Positions 28,155 through 39,753 of a stretch of 64,000 nt of DNA are shown here, piece by piece. The notes under the pieces are model-generated. The model worked only from the letters and a program-made list of their open reading frames with translations. It was not told the origin of the DNA and made no database searches. Each line of letters begins with the position of its first letter. Positions within the stretch are counted from its first letter, which is position 1. The stretch lies in NCBI GenBank assembly GCA_963749495.1, contig CAVVMW010000004.1, positions 160,001 to 224,000 on the forward strand, in the 5' to 3' direction. This stretch comes from an uncultured bacterium (GTDB lineage: Bacteria > Verrucomicrobiota > Verrucomicrobiia > Limisphaerales > UBA8199). A program made the position numbers and the translations under genes.

Positions 28155-30527
28155 TCATCTTGGTTTGGGGAGCGCTTTGATGCGGAGGGGTTCTGCGGAA
28201 AGCCCAGGCGAGGAGGCACGCACGGCAATGTTGCCGGGGCGGCCATCGCTTTGGACAATGCCCAGCAGCAAGCCGTTGAAGGCCTTCATCTGGCCGGCCC
28301 TGGGGTTCTCGTGGCTGGCCGGGTCGCCGGAACAAAGGCCCAGAAGCCGACCCCGCCCTTCGATGTCTGCCGCGACAAGGTTGTCCGCCACGGGGACAAC
28401 GTTGCCTTGGCCATCGAGGAGCCTGACCGTGACGAAGCTCAGGTCACAGCCGTCGGCCGCGATGGCATTCCGATCGGCCAGGAGTTGGATTCGAGCCGGC
28501 GCCCCGGCAGTTTTGATTTCGTCGGCGCAAACGACTTTTCCATTCTTGAGAGCGCGGGCCGACAAGGTGCCGGGCTGATAAGGGACCTTCCACGCAAGAT
28601 GCGTCAGTGGCTGGCAGGGCTTGGCGCCGAGCGACTTGCCATTGAGGAAAAGCTCGACGGCCTCGCAGTTGCTGTAGCACCACACCTCGATGTCCTGGCC
28701 TTCCTTGCCGGGCCAAGTCCAGTGCGGGAAGAGGTGCACCATGGGGTTGGTGGTCCATTCCTGGAGGTAATAGAAATAGGCGTCGTTGGGGAAGCGGCAG
28801 CGGTCCAGCACGCCAAACTGGCTGGTGACCATGGGCCAGCCGCAGGTCTCGCCCCCGTAATCAATCCCCGACCACATTGCCCCGCCGGCCAGCCAGGGCC
28901 GCTGGGCGATATGAGACCACTCGGCTTCGTGGGAGCGGCAAAGGTCATAGGTGCTGAAATACTGGCCGGCGTTGGTGACGGTGCGTCCATCGCCCAACTT
29001 TTCAGTGGTGACGCGAGCCAGGATCTTCTCCTCGTAAACGCCACGCGCGCCCCGGCCCGAGGAGAATTCGCTCACCAGCATCTTGCGCTGTGGGTAGAGT
29101 TGATGGTCACGGTCATCAATTCCCATACCCCCGCCGTTATAGCCCATGATGTCGGTGACCAAAGCAAAGCCGTTGGCATTGGCGTCGGCATTGCCCTCGC
29201 AGGCGAAGGCGCTCGGGCGAGTGGGGTCTTCCTCGTGGGCCACTTGGTTGAGTTCCTTCAGGGACTGGGTCTCGCGGTCGTCCTTGCTGCCGGCGGTGTT
29301 GGCCAGGGACCAGCAGATAATGCTGGGGTGGTTGCGGTCGCGCCGGATCAGGTCCCGGAGCGGCGGCGCGGCCGCGTTGGAAGGCCCCAGGTAACGCGTT
29401 TCGGCCCAAACCAGCAGGCCCAACCGGTCGCAGGCCTCCAGGAGAGACGGGGCCGGGTCATTGTGCGCCGATTTCAGGAAGTTGCAGCCCATCTGTTTCA
29501 TGATCTCGACGGTCTTTTCGTTGGCCCGGTCCGGCAGGGCGACACCCAGCCCGCCGAAATCGTGGTGGATGCACATGCCGCGCAATTGCAGGTGCCTGCC
29601 GTTGAGAACGAATCCCCGGTCGGCCATAAACTCGAACCAGCGCACGCCAAAGGGGGTTTCGCAAACGTCCACCGTCTTTCCTGCGACAATGACCTCGCTC
29701 CGCGCCCGGTACAAGTACGGGGTGTCGGGCGACCAAAGGTGCGGGTTGGCAATGGCCGCTTCCTGCGTGATGTCCTGTGAGGAGTTCGCGCCAACGGTGG
29801 CCTCGCTGTGCATCGTGCCCACCGTTTGTCCCCGGGCATCCAGGAGACGGGTTTTGAGTCGGCAACTCTGATCGGCCGCAGTATCGTTCTGGACGGTGAT
29901 TCTGACCCGCACGACTGCCCCCGTAGCGGAGACCTGCGGCGTGGTGACGAAGGTGCCCCAATTGGCCACGTGGATTTTATCGGTGGTGATCAGCCAGGCG
30001 TGCCGGTAGATCCCACAGCCCTCGTACCACCACCCTTCGCCTTCGCGGCCATCAACCCGGACGGCGAGGAGATTGAGGTGCCCATCACAATGGACGTACG
30101 GCGTGATGTCATAAATCACACCCGTGTAGCCCGAACGATGGGTGCCGGCCTTCTGACCATTGACCCAGAGCGTGCTGTTCCGATATACGCCTTCGAACTC
30201 AAGATAGACCTGTCGCCTTGCGAAGGACGAATCCAGTTCGAGATGCCTCCGATACCACCCAATACCCCTCGGATAAAAGCCGTTGTACCGCGGATTGGCC
30301 TCGCTTATTGGCTGATCCACCGTCCAGTCGTGCGGCAACTCGATTTTCTGCCAGCGGCGGTCATCAAAACTGGTTTGCTCGGCCCCGGCCGGGTCCCCCT
30401 CCAGAAAGGTCCACCGGGAATCAAGCTTCATCCTGGTTCCGGCGGGCGGTTCAGTATTGCCGGTCGCGACACCGCTCACGAGAGCGCCCAGCAGCAGGAG
30501 GATTCTCACGGTTCTTGGATTGGCCAT
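28155..30527 (-). CDS. glycoside hydrolase family 2 (beta-galactosidase-like)
   Basis: LPHDW, GIGWYR, LEFEGVY, GCGIYR, IRRDRNHPSII motifs; signal peptide. The usual NE acid/base motif reads ANT. Confidence 0.9.
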   Translation of the reverse strand: MANPRTVRILLLLGALVSGVATGNTEPPAGTRMKLDSRWTFLEGDPAGAEQTSFDDRRWQKIELPHDWTVDQPISEANPRYNGFYPRGIGWYRRHLELDSSFARRQVYLEFEGVYRNSTLWVNGQKAGTHRSGYTGVIYDITPYVHCDGHLNLLAVRVDGREGEGWWYEGCGIYRHAWLITTDKIHVANWGTFVTTPQVSATGAVVRVRITVQNDTAADQSCRLKTRLLDARGQTVGTMHSEATVGANSSQDITQEAAIANPHLWSPDTPYLYRARSEVIVAGKTVDVCETPFGVRWFEFMADRGFVLNGRHLQLRGMCIHHDFGGLGVALPDRANEKTVEIMKQMGCNFLKSAHNDPAPSLLEACDRLGLLVWAETRYLGPSNAAAPPLRDLIRRDRNHPSIICWSLANTAGSKDDRETQSLKELNQVAHEEDPTRPSAFACEGNADANANGFALVTDIMGYNGGGMGIDDRDHQLYPQRKMLVSEFSSGRGARGVYEEKILARVTTEKLGDGRTVTNAGQYFSTYDLCRSHEAEWSHIAQRPWLAGGAMWSGIDYGGETCGWPMVTSQFGVLDRCRFPNDAYFYYLQEWTTNPMVHLFPHWTWPGKEGQDIEVWCYSNCEAVELFLNGKSLGAKPCQPLTHLAWKVPYQPGTLSARALKNGKVVCADEIKTAGAPARIQLLADRNAIAADGCDLSFVTVRLLDGQGNVVPVADNLVAADIEGRGRLLGLCSGDPASHENPRAGQMKAFNGLLLGIVQSDGRPGNIAVRASSPGLSAEPLRIKALPKPR

Positions 30528-30740
30528 AACGCCGAGCATTCAGGCAGAAAAGGCGGCGTCGTTCAAGCTCGTGGTGCAAATGGTCTCCACCACGGGTCAA
30601 CCATCTCAGAAACCCGCCGCGCGGGACCACCGCGGCATGACGCGAGGAACTCGGTGCTGCCAAGACCCCAGCGGGAAGGCCAACGCCGAGCCCTGCCTGT
30701 AACGCAAAAAAGGGACGTGCCCGGAGACCCTCTTGTTGGT

Positions 30741-31004
30741 ATTTTCTTCGTGCACCTGCGTGATGTCGAAGGAAACAAGGAGCACTTCCGAGAAGTCTTC
30801 CACGACAACTGCCAAGCGGACATGGCGCGAATGCTCAAAATCTATGGTGAATGCGGCTACGATCTGCCGATGCGGCCCGACCATGCCCCTATGATGGAGG
30901 GCGACGGAGCCAACCAGGCGAGCGGCTACGGCGTCGTCGGCAAGGTCCTCGCCTTCGGCTACATGATGGGCCTCATGAAGGCCCAGAAGATCGTCTATAC
31001 GTGA
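30741..31004 (+). pseudogene. uxuA: C-terminal remnant of mannonate dehydratase
   Basis: IFFVHLRDVEG, FHD, PMRPDHAP, GY...AFGYMMGL with no N-terminal half. Confidence 0.8.
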
Positions 31005-31035
31005 GGTCTGAGCGCAAACCGAGTTGCGCCTCGAA

Positions 31036-31064
31036 TTGACACCAAAAAACCAGACCCTTATGCT
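31036..31064 (+). promoter_or_regulatory. sigma70-like promoter of a leaderless gene
   Basis: TTGACA-N17-TATGCT, with ATG 7 nt downstream. Confidence 0.6.
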
Positions 31065-31071
31065 TGCCGAA

Positions 31072-32157
31072 ATGAGCACGCACGAACAAAAATTCTCCCG
31101 CAGGAACTTCCTCTGGACGGCAGCGGCGTTCACCGCCTCCACCGCCCTGCTTCGCTCCCAGGAAGGCCTAACCTCACCCCCGCAGCCGACGGGCTCGTCG
31201 GACCGCAGATCGGTGGTTTCGGTGGTTAACGGCGCGAGCAGGCGCAAAAGCATCCAGGAGGCGCTGGCGGCCATAGAGGACCAGATTATGCCGGTGCTCA
31301 AGACCAAGAAGCACGTCGTCCTCAAGCCGAATATCGTCAGCACGTCAAACCAGCTTGCCACGACGCATGTGGACGCGCTGCACGGCATCCTGGATTTCCT
31401 TGGTCCCCGTTTCAAGGGACCGGTTGTTATCGCCGAGTCCTCCGCCGGCTATACCACCGAGGGTTACGACCATTTCGGCTACGGTCGCCTTATCCCGGAG
31501 CACAAGCCGCTGGACGTCAGCTTGGTGGACCTGAATGAAGAAGGGAAATACCTGACTCATCGGATCCTGAATGGGGACCTTCACCTGGTGCCCGTCCGGT
31601 TGGCGGCACGGCTCCTGGACCCGGAAGCGTACATCATCTGCTCGGCCATGCTCAAAACCCACAACACGGTAGTGGCTACACTCTCTCTCAAGAACATGGC
31701 CATGGGCACGCCGTTACACAGCCCGCGCAAGCAGAGCATGGGGTGGAATGACAAACGCCTCTATCACGGGGGCGTGCGCCAGACCCACGTGGACATCGCC
31801 CTGACGGCCGAGAGGCTTCAACCGTGCTGGGGCGCGGCGGTATTGGACGGCTGGGAGGGCATGGAAGGCAATGGTCCTGGCAGCGGCACCCTGGTGCCTT
31901 CCCGGATCGCGATCGCCTCCACGGACTTCGTCGCTGCCGATCGCGTGGGCGTCCAGGCCATGGGTATCAACCCGGAGTGGGTCGGATACCTTGGCTTTTG
32001 TGCCGAAGCCGGTTTGGGGCAGGGGGACCTGTCGAAAATCAATATCCGCGGAGCCAGGCTGGCGGAGGTGACCAGGAAATACCGAATGCACGACGACATC
32101 GAACGCGAGTTGCGCTGGATGGGCCCACTGAAGGAGATCCCGGAAAAGCTCGGATGA
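31072..32157 (+). CDS. DUF362 family protein with Tat signal
   Basis: SRRNFL, VLKPN, LKTH, TLSLKN, DFVAAD motifs. Confidence 0.85.
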   Translation: MSTHEQKFSRRNFLWTAAAFTASTALLRSQEGLTSPPQPTGSSDRRSVVSVVNGASRRKSIQEALAAIEDQIMPVLKTKKHVVLKPNIVSTSNQLATTHVDALHGILDFLGPRFKGPVVIAESSAGYTTEGYDHFGYGRLIPEHKPLDVSLVDLNEEGKYLTHRILNGDLHLVPVRLAARLLDPEAYIICSAMLKTHNTVVATLSLKNMAMGTPLHSPRKQSMGWNDKRLYHGGVRQTHVDIALTAERLQPCWGAAVLDGWEGMEGNGPGSGTLVPSRIAIASTDFVAADRVGVQAMGINPEWVGYLGFCAEAGLGQGDLSKINIRGARLAEVTRKYRMHDDIERELRWMGPLKEIPEKLG

Positions 32158-32292
32158 GCGAGACGATCCCGGCCACCGCGCCCGTAATCGTTTGCCATCG
32201 GCGAGATCTCGCCGGTTGGCCCGCGCGGCCTCCTTGTGTTACTAGTCGTCCGCCAGCTTGACCGGCAAATCGCCGGGGGTTATTCTTGCGAC

Positions 32293-32565
32293 ATGAATGT
32301 GGCTTCGACCGACCGGGCTCTGGTGGATCGGCTGCTTGAGCCGTTGAGCCGCTGCATCCGCGGGCAGGGTGAACAGGAACTGCTGAGGCTCCGCGCCGAC
32401 ACGGCCGTTCAGGCGCGGATCGATGAACTGGCCGACAGGTGTGACGAAGGGACACTGACACCCGAGGAGCGCGTAGAGTACGAGACTTACGTCCGCTTCG
32501 GGAATTTCGTGGCCGTTCTCCAGGCCAAAGCGCGGCTTCGGCGGAGTCGCGCCCCGGCGGGGTAA
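32293..32565 (+). CDS. small helical antitoxin-like protein of the type usually found upstream of an HNH nuclease
   Basis: QARIDELADRCDEGTLTPEERVEYE motif; leaderless promoter TTGACC-N17-TATTCT. Confidence 0.65.
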   Translation: MNVASTDRALVDRLLEPLSRCIRGQGEQELLRLRADTAVQARIDELADRCDEGTLTPEERVEYETYVRFGNFVAVLQAKARLRRSRAPAG

Positions 32566-32749
32566 TGAATGAGGCGGCCCGCCAGGCCGAAACCCGGCTG
32601 GAGCCTCGGCCCAAAGCAGCCCCTGGCGGATACGCCAGACCGCTTGATGTTGGCGTGCCGATAGAGCAGGCGAACAGAGAGCGAGTGGGCGCGGGCTGAG
32701 CCGGGTGAAAGCGTCAGACGGATCGTCAGGGGCCGGCCGCGTTGAAAAC

Positions 32750-33300
32750 TCAGGGCAGGGCGCATTCCTCGTGCTCGGTGCTGACGACGCAGTCCCGTTC
32801 GTCGAAGAGATTGAAATAATACACCCGGGTTCCCGCCGGCAGGCTCGCGGTGACCCGGCCATCGGTTTGGCGGGCGGGTTTTGACTCCCATTTGCGGTCC
32901 TGCCAGCGGCCAGTGTTCCTGGTGAAATTGAGCTCCGCTTTGAGCACCGGGACCTTCGCAGAATAGGCGGCCCAGACGTTTGTTCCCTCGCGACCGCAGC
33001 CGGTAATGACCGGGAGCGGCACCCCGCTCTTCAGGATGCTGTCGGCAAAAACCTGGATTTCCTTCGGATTCTCCCCAGGACCGCCGTGCCCGTGCGGCAT
33101 GCGCAGGCGCATGCAGAGTGAGCGCGGGCCTTTGGCGAGGCGATAGGAAAGCTGCAATGCATCCATAGTGTAGGCGAAGTGAGGTGGTCAAAGCCGCCCC
33201 AACCGGGAGGCCCGCCCCGCTCATCGCGGAACCATGCGCCGTAGTTGCCCACCGGGACCTGGCCGCAGGTGTCCATTTGGACAGCGAACCGCCCGAGGAC
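32750..33300 (-). pseudogene. remnant of an alpha/beta-hydrolase (acetylxylan esterase-like), internally deleted
   Basis: MDTCG...GGPPGWGGFD segment joined to the C-terminal RMPHGH...YYFNLFDERDCVVST segment. Confidence 0.55.
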
Positions 33301-33454
33301 AATACCAACCTGACTTGCATGCGTGATCCTCACGCAAAATGAGTGAAAATCACGCGCGGATCCAGCGTGGCCAGTCTCGGTACGCCGGTGTTTAGGCCGG
33401 AATCCGGCCCGGCACCAGAAATGCTAATGGATTTGGCTGTAATCCGTAAGGAAG

Positions 33455-36400
33455 ATGAAGCGGACGGTCGCCATTGGGATGACAGGTGTTTTCGCAGCCG
33501 CCTGGATTTGGTGGTTGTGCGCAGGGCACGCCCCGGGAGTGGGAGGCCCCCGCTCCCATCAGGCGCCTGGCTCTGAGCCGGCTTGGAAGGCGGACGCCAG
33601 TTCGAATAGGGCCGTGGCTGGCATCCAACAACGGGCCGGGAGGATACGCTCCGGCAGCCAACCGCCACAGCGGCCGCTTTTGGAGGGCCTCGTCCCCAGC
33701 AACGTGGCAGCGCGTCCCGCGATCGCTTTGGCGCCGCCGCGGAAGCGGCCCTGGGACCCTGCGTTTCTGAGCAGCCTGAGCCGCGCCGCCGCAGGCGATT
33801 CCATTGGATTCGAGTTGGTGAGTGGGGAAAGGGCTGTGGGCACCATTCGGCACGCGCAACGCGGCGAGCACTCGCTCATCTGCGTTTCGGGCGAATTGAC
33901 CGCTCCGGAAAGAGGACGTTTCTTTTTTCAGAAGCAAACCCGCCCTGGGCACGCAGGCGATTATGTGGGCGTGGTTGAACTGCCTGGGAGCGGACGGGCC
34001 TATCGGATCGAGCCGAGCGGTCCCGGGGGCAGCCCTGAGTTGGTCGAGCGGCCCCTCGGCGCAGTCCTCTGTCTGAGGTTGCCCCTGCCGGAGAACCGAG
34101 GCACGAACCAGACCGAGCAGATCCCTCCGCTCAGCCCGGGCAATTTCCCCGACCTGCCGATAGCGGGGTATCAAAACGGCATCGTCAGCCTCGAGAGTCT
34201 GCACGGAGCCACTGCGGTGGTCTATCTGGATTTCCAGGGCGGCTACACCCCCACTTGGGGAGGCATCACCTACGCCGCTGCCGGCCTGAGCAACAGCCAA
34301 ATTCGCGCTCTCTGGGAGCACGTGGCCGGGGATTTCATGCCGTTCATGGTTAATATCACTACGGATCTCAGCGTATATCAAAATGCGCCTGAAGGGAGCC
34401 GCCAGCGCGTCATTATCACGCCCTCGGACAGCGCGCAGCCCGATGCCGGCGGTGTGGCGTACGTCGGCTCCTTCAACTGGACAGGCGATACTCCGTGCTG
34501 GGTGTTCACCAGCCTGGGCTTGTATTGCGCAGTGGCCTGTTCGCACGAGATCGGGCACACCCTGGGTTTGATCCACGATGGCCAGCAAATCGGCGGCACT
34601 CACGTGGAGTATTTCGAGGGGCAAGGGAACAGTGCGCTGAGCTGGGCACCCATTATGGGGGCTCCCTACTGGAAGAGCGTCTCCCAATGGAGCAAGGGGG
34701 AGTATCTTTACGCCAACAACCCCGAGGATCAACTGGCTATCATTGCCTCCCAAAACAACAATGTCGCCTATCGGACCGACGATACCGGCGCCACTCTGGA
34801 GACCTCCCGATTCCTGGAAACGTATTCGGACAGCACTGCCGGCGCGGAGGGGGTGATCGAACGCACTGCCGGCGTGAATGCCTTTCAATTCACCACCGGG
34901 GGCGGAGCTGTGTCACTGCGGGCGGACCCCCTGAGCGCCGGGGGACCCTTGGCGATTCAGGTCGAACTGTGCGACGCGAGCAACATCGTGTTGGCTTGCA
35001 GCAACCCCCAGGACACTCTTTGGGCTGCATTGAGCACCAACCTGCCTGCCGGCACCTACACCTTCCGGGTCATGGGGGCTGGCCGATATGACCCGTTGAC
35101 CAACGGTTTTTCCTCTTACGGGAGCCTGGGCTACTATTCCATCACCGGTTCGGTGGCCAACGCGCGTGTGGCCAACCGCTTTTCGATCCGGGAGCATTCG
35201 CCCAACAAGAGCGTGGTCGGCTCGGTGCCGGCCCACAGCCCCAGCGGTGACAGACTGACTTATTCCATTGTTTCCGGCAATTCAGGAAACACCTTCGCCA
35301 TTGACAATGCGGGCACCTTGACCGTAGCCGACAACCGCCTGCTGGATTACCCAACCCTGGCCGCCCAGACCACTCTGGCGGTGCAGTTCGATTTGCTTGT
35401 GGATATCACCGACGAGCAGGACCCGGGTCTGACCGAAACGCATCGCCGGGTTGTGGTGGCTGTCACTCCCGCATCCACACCCCCGATCATCCTTCAGCAG
35501 CCGCAGAGTCTGAGCGTTCTGGTGGGCGCCACGACCGTTTTCACCGTCACTGCCACAGGCGATGAGCCTCTCTACCCGCTTTCCTATCAGTGGTTGTTCA
35601 ATGGCGCTTCGATCTCAGATGCAACGGCATCTGAACTGCTCATGCCTGACGCCCAATTGCGGAACTCCGGGAGTTACAATGTGACTGTCAGCAATGCAAT
35701 GGGCGTGACGACCAGCGCCACGGCGAATCTTACCGTCCTGCCGGCGCCGCCTTGCATTACGGCGCAACCCTCGTCACAGGCCGTTTTCCCGGGCTTGGGC
35801 GCCAGTTTCCAGGCCTCGGCAATCGGCACCGCCCCCCTGGCTTATCAATGGCAGTTCAATGGCGCCAATCTCCCGGGCGAAACGAATCCATCCCTTGATC
35901 TCACGAATGTGCAATCGGCCGATGTCGGCTGGTACCGGCTCATCGTGACCAATTTGGCTGGCAGCGCAGCCAGCAGCAATGCCGCCTTGGCCGTTGTGCC
36001 GGTCGCCGCCTGGGGGTGGGACGCGGATGGCCAAACCGACGTGCCGATTGAGGCGACCAACCTGGTCCAAATTTCGGCCAGCGCCACCCACAGTCTGGCC
36101 CTGGCGCGAGACGGGCACATCATTGCGTGGGGCTCAGGGCTGCAAGCCAAGGTCCCTCCCGGCCTGCCCGACATCGTGAGCGTGGCCGCCGGGGAAACCC
36201 ACAGCCTTGCCCTGAGCAGCGATGGCAGGGTATTTTGCTGGGGGGACAACAGCGCCGGACAGGCTGCCGTGCCGGCGGGCCTGAGCAATGTGGTGGCCAT
36301 TGCCGCTGGAGGCAGCCACAACCTGGCGCTCAAGCGCGATGGCACAGTGACCGCCTGGGGCCTGAACAGCCTGGGCCAGGCGGCCGTGCCGCCCGGGCTG

Positions 36401-39338
36401 ACCAATATCGCGGCGATCGCCGCGGGTGCCGATTTCAGCCTGGCTCTGAGCGGCCAGGGAACGGTCTTTGCCTGGGGCGACAACGCGCGGGGCCAGACCA
36501 ATGTCCCGCCTTACCTTGCGGAGGTTGTCGCTATTGCGGCGGGCGGCCAGCATTGCCTGGCCTTGCTCAGCGACGGGACGGTCACTGCCTGGGGTGACAA
36601 CTTCTACGGCCAATCCGCCGTTCCTGCCGGGCTCTCGAACGTCGCCGCTGTCGCTGCGGGTGCCCTCCACTCACTGGCCTTGAGAGAGGACGGCACCCTG
36701 GCAGGCTGGGGCGCCGGAAGCAACTCCGCAGGGCAATACCCGATCTCGGGCCAGGCGATGATTGCGACGAATCTGGTCCACATGACGGCCATTGGCGCCG
36801 GCACGGCGCACAGCCTGGCGCTGGTTGGAGAGGGCGCGCCGTTCATTACACAACCGCCGGTGGGCCAGACTGTGTACCGCGGGACCCGCGCGATGTTCAG
36901 GGCCGCGGCTTCCGGCGCGCTGCCTCTAGCCTATCAATGGCAGCTCAACGGGACAAATCTGCCTGGGGCTACCGACCGAGTATTGATTCTCGCGGAGGCC
37001 GTGCAAGCCGGCGATTGCCGTGTCGTGGTCAGCAACCTCTTTGGAGTGACCGTCAGCGCCGCGGCGAACCTGGCCCTGGTGGACCAACCCCCTTACGTTG
37101 TGGTTCAGCCTCGGAGCCAGATCGGGTACGTCGGCGGCCAAGTCACCCTCCAAATCCTCGCGGGCGGCTCCGGACCACTGACTTACCAGTGGTACGCTGA
37201 CAGCACCGGCATCCCCGGAGCCACCAATGGGGTGCTGACGGTCAGTGACCTGCCTCAGAATCAATCTGTGGGCTACTGCGTAGTGGTGAGCAACTCCCTG
37301 GGAACGGTCACCAGTGTCACAGCCCGCGTCAGCACGTCGGCCCAGGTGCTGGGGTGGGGCGCGGGAACCGACCGATCCGGCAACCCCGATTTTGGCCAAT
37401 CCATGGTGCCCGCCGGGTTGAACGGAGTCGTGCGCCTGGCCGGCGGCGCTTTCCACACCCTCGCGCTCAAGGCCGATGGGACCGTCGTGGCCTGGGGCGC
37501 CGGCGCCAAATGTTTCAAGCGATCCGCATTTCGGCCAGTCCATGGTGCCGGCTGGTTTGGGGAATGTGGTAGCGATCGCCGCGGGCGGCTATCATAGCCT
37601 GGCGCTTAAGGCGGACGGGACCATCACGGCCTGGGGGCTGGGAGCTTACGGTGCGACCACCGTTCCGGCGGGCCTGAACAACGTCGTTGCCATCGCTGCG
37701 GGTGACTTCCACAGCCTCGCCTTGAAAGGCGACGGGCGCGTGGTGGTTTGGGGCGGCGACCTCTATGTGAACAACGTTCCGATCGAGGCGACTGATGTGA
37801 TCGCCATTGCCTCCGCAGGCTCCAATATCATTGGGCTCAGGTCGGATGGCACGCTGGTCCGATGGGGTGACTCCGCCGTTGTCCCCTGGGACTCAGGTTT
37901 TATCGCCGTGGCCGCCGGAGCGGGTGAGTGCCTTGCCCTGGACAGCCGCGGCAGGGTGATCTCACCGGATTATAATGACCTGCCAGCGGACATGCCCGCG
38001 GTGAGCGCCATTGCGGCCGGCTTTCTGCACAACCTGGCCCTCAAACCGGACGGGACAATCTTTGGCTGGGGATTGTTAGCCGGCGTCCTCGGCATGGACC
38101 AAATCCCTGTCGGCCTGACCAACGTGATCAACATCGCCTGTGGAGACTTCCACAATTTGGCTGCCGTGGCGGCCCCGGCTGTGACCATCAAGGCCGAACC
38201 CCCCGATCGAGTGGTCGAATCGGGTGGCCAGACGCTCTTCAGTGTGACCGCAGCAGGCGCTCGACCGCTCAGCTTCCGCTGGCAGTTCAATGGGATCGAC
38301 GTGCCGGGCGCTCCGGGCGAGTGGTTTAGGCTCAGCGGCGTGCGAGCCACCGATGCAGGCAGCTACCGTGTCGTCGTGAGCAATCTCTTCGGCGCGGTGA
38401 CCAGCCGAATCGCCAAGCTCGTGGTGCTCCCCTCTCTCGCCCAGGCCCTCAACGCCACGGGCCTGGTGTGGACGGCTGCCGGCGACGCAGGGTGGTGGGT
38501 GCAAACTAATGTGACCCACGATGGCATCGCGGCCGCCCAATCCGCCCACGTCGGCGACGGCCAACAATCTTCGATCTGGACCACCGTGAGCGGGCCCGGC
38601 ACGGTGCATTTCTGGTGGAAGGTGTCCTCCCGACAGGACTATGATTATCTCATCTTCAGCGTCAATGGCACGATCGAGGCCGCGATCTCGGGCGAGGTGG
38701 GCTGGCAAGCCCAGAACCGCTCCGTGCTGGCGGGCGCGCACACCCTGGAATGGACCTATATTAAAGACCCCACAGTCACCGGCGGACAAGACGCCGCCTG
38801 GCTCGACCAGGTGTCCTTTGCAACCAATCCGCCCGTCATCACCTGTCAACCGGTCAGCCAGGTCGTTCCCATGGGAGCTAACGTGGTTCTGGGAGTGGCC
38901 GCATCGGGTCCCCCGCCCATTTCCTACAAGTGGTTCAAGGACGGGACTAATGTGCCGGGAGCCACCTCCACGAACCTCGTCCTGCGAAATGCGACGCGCC
39001 GCACCTCGGGCATCTATGCGGCGGCTGCGAGTAACCCGGGCGGCTCGACCCTCAGCAGCAATGCCTCCGTCCGGGTGCTCGTCCCGCAGAAGCTGGCCTC
39101 GCCTTCCCAGCTCAGTGGCCCGACATTTACGCTCCTCTCGGGCGATGCCGATGGCGGGGCTTTGCTGCCAACCGACTTGCCCGCTTTCCAAGCCCAGGCC
39201 AGCACCAACCTGGAGGTCTGGACCACCTTGACCAACAGCCTGTCGATAAGCAACGGAGTCCTCTGGCTTGTGGACCCGGAGTGCACCAACTACGACAGGC
39301 GGTTCTACCGCATTGGCGAGAGCGTTTCCGGCCCTTGA
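33455..39338 (+). CDS. giant secreted metzincin-like zinc metalloprotease with cadherin-like, Ig-like and RCC1 repeat domains; +1 frameshift near 37508
   Basis: HEIGHTLGLIH and APIMG Met-turn; YQWxxNG Ig repeats; HSLALxxDG RCC1 repeats; C-terminal RFYR. One extra A in GCCAAATGT splits the ORF. Confidence 0.88.
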
Positions 39339-39388
39339 AATGAAGGAAGGGATCGGCTGTTTCGTGCATTCGCCCCAAGCGAGTCCCG

Positions 39389-39590
39389 CTAAAGGCCCTG
39401 GATAAAACCCCAACTGCCCCTCCGCTGATAGCGGTCAGTGATGTCGCTGGGACGCATCCAGACCACCCGGTCGCCCAGATGCTTGCGGATTCGTCCCACA
39501 ACCGTCGTGAAGGCCCGCCAGCCGACGCCTTTGGCCGGATTGAGCCCCTGCCAGTGGGAATACCAAAGGCAATACGGCGTTGGGGCTTCG
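39389..39590 (-). pseudogene. C-terminal remnant of an unidentified enzyme (possibly deacetylase-like)
   Basis: YCLWYSHWQGLN...VVWMRPSDI segment with no plausible N-terminus. Confidence 0.4.
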
Positions 39591-39594
39591 CATG

Positions 39595-39753
39595 GTTGTC
39601 GCCAAAGGCCGCCTGTCCGCGGTGACCCCGTGCCCTCGCATGATAGATCGCCCCCGGATACTGGATGCGGACGGGCCTGGCCATAACGCCGAGCGCGCGG
39701 GCAGGAACTGCCTCGCCTGTCAAGGACCTTGTGCAAATATTACAGGACTGACC
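39595..39753 (-). mobile_element. 5' remnant of a second RAYT transposase with upstream REP-like motif
   Basis: MARPVRIQYPGAIYHARARG (start 39684); motif GGTCAGTCCTGTAATATTTGCACA on the minus strand at 39730-39753. Confidence 0.75.

Noticed and set aside
13871..39338. Diversity-generating retroelement acting on RCC1/Ig proteins
   Set aside because: No reverse transcriptase and no template/variable repeat pair differing at adenines was seen
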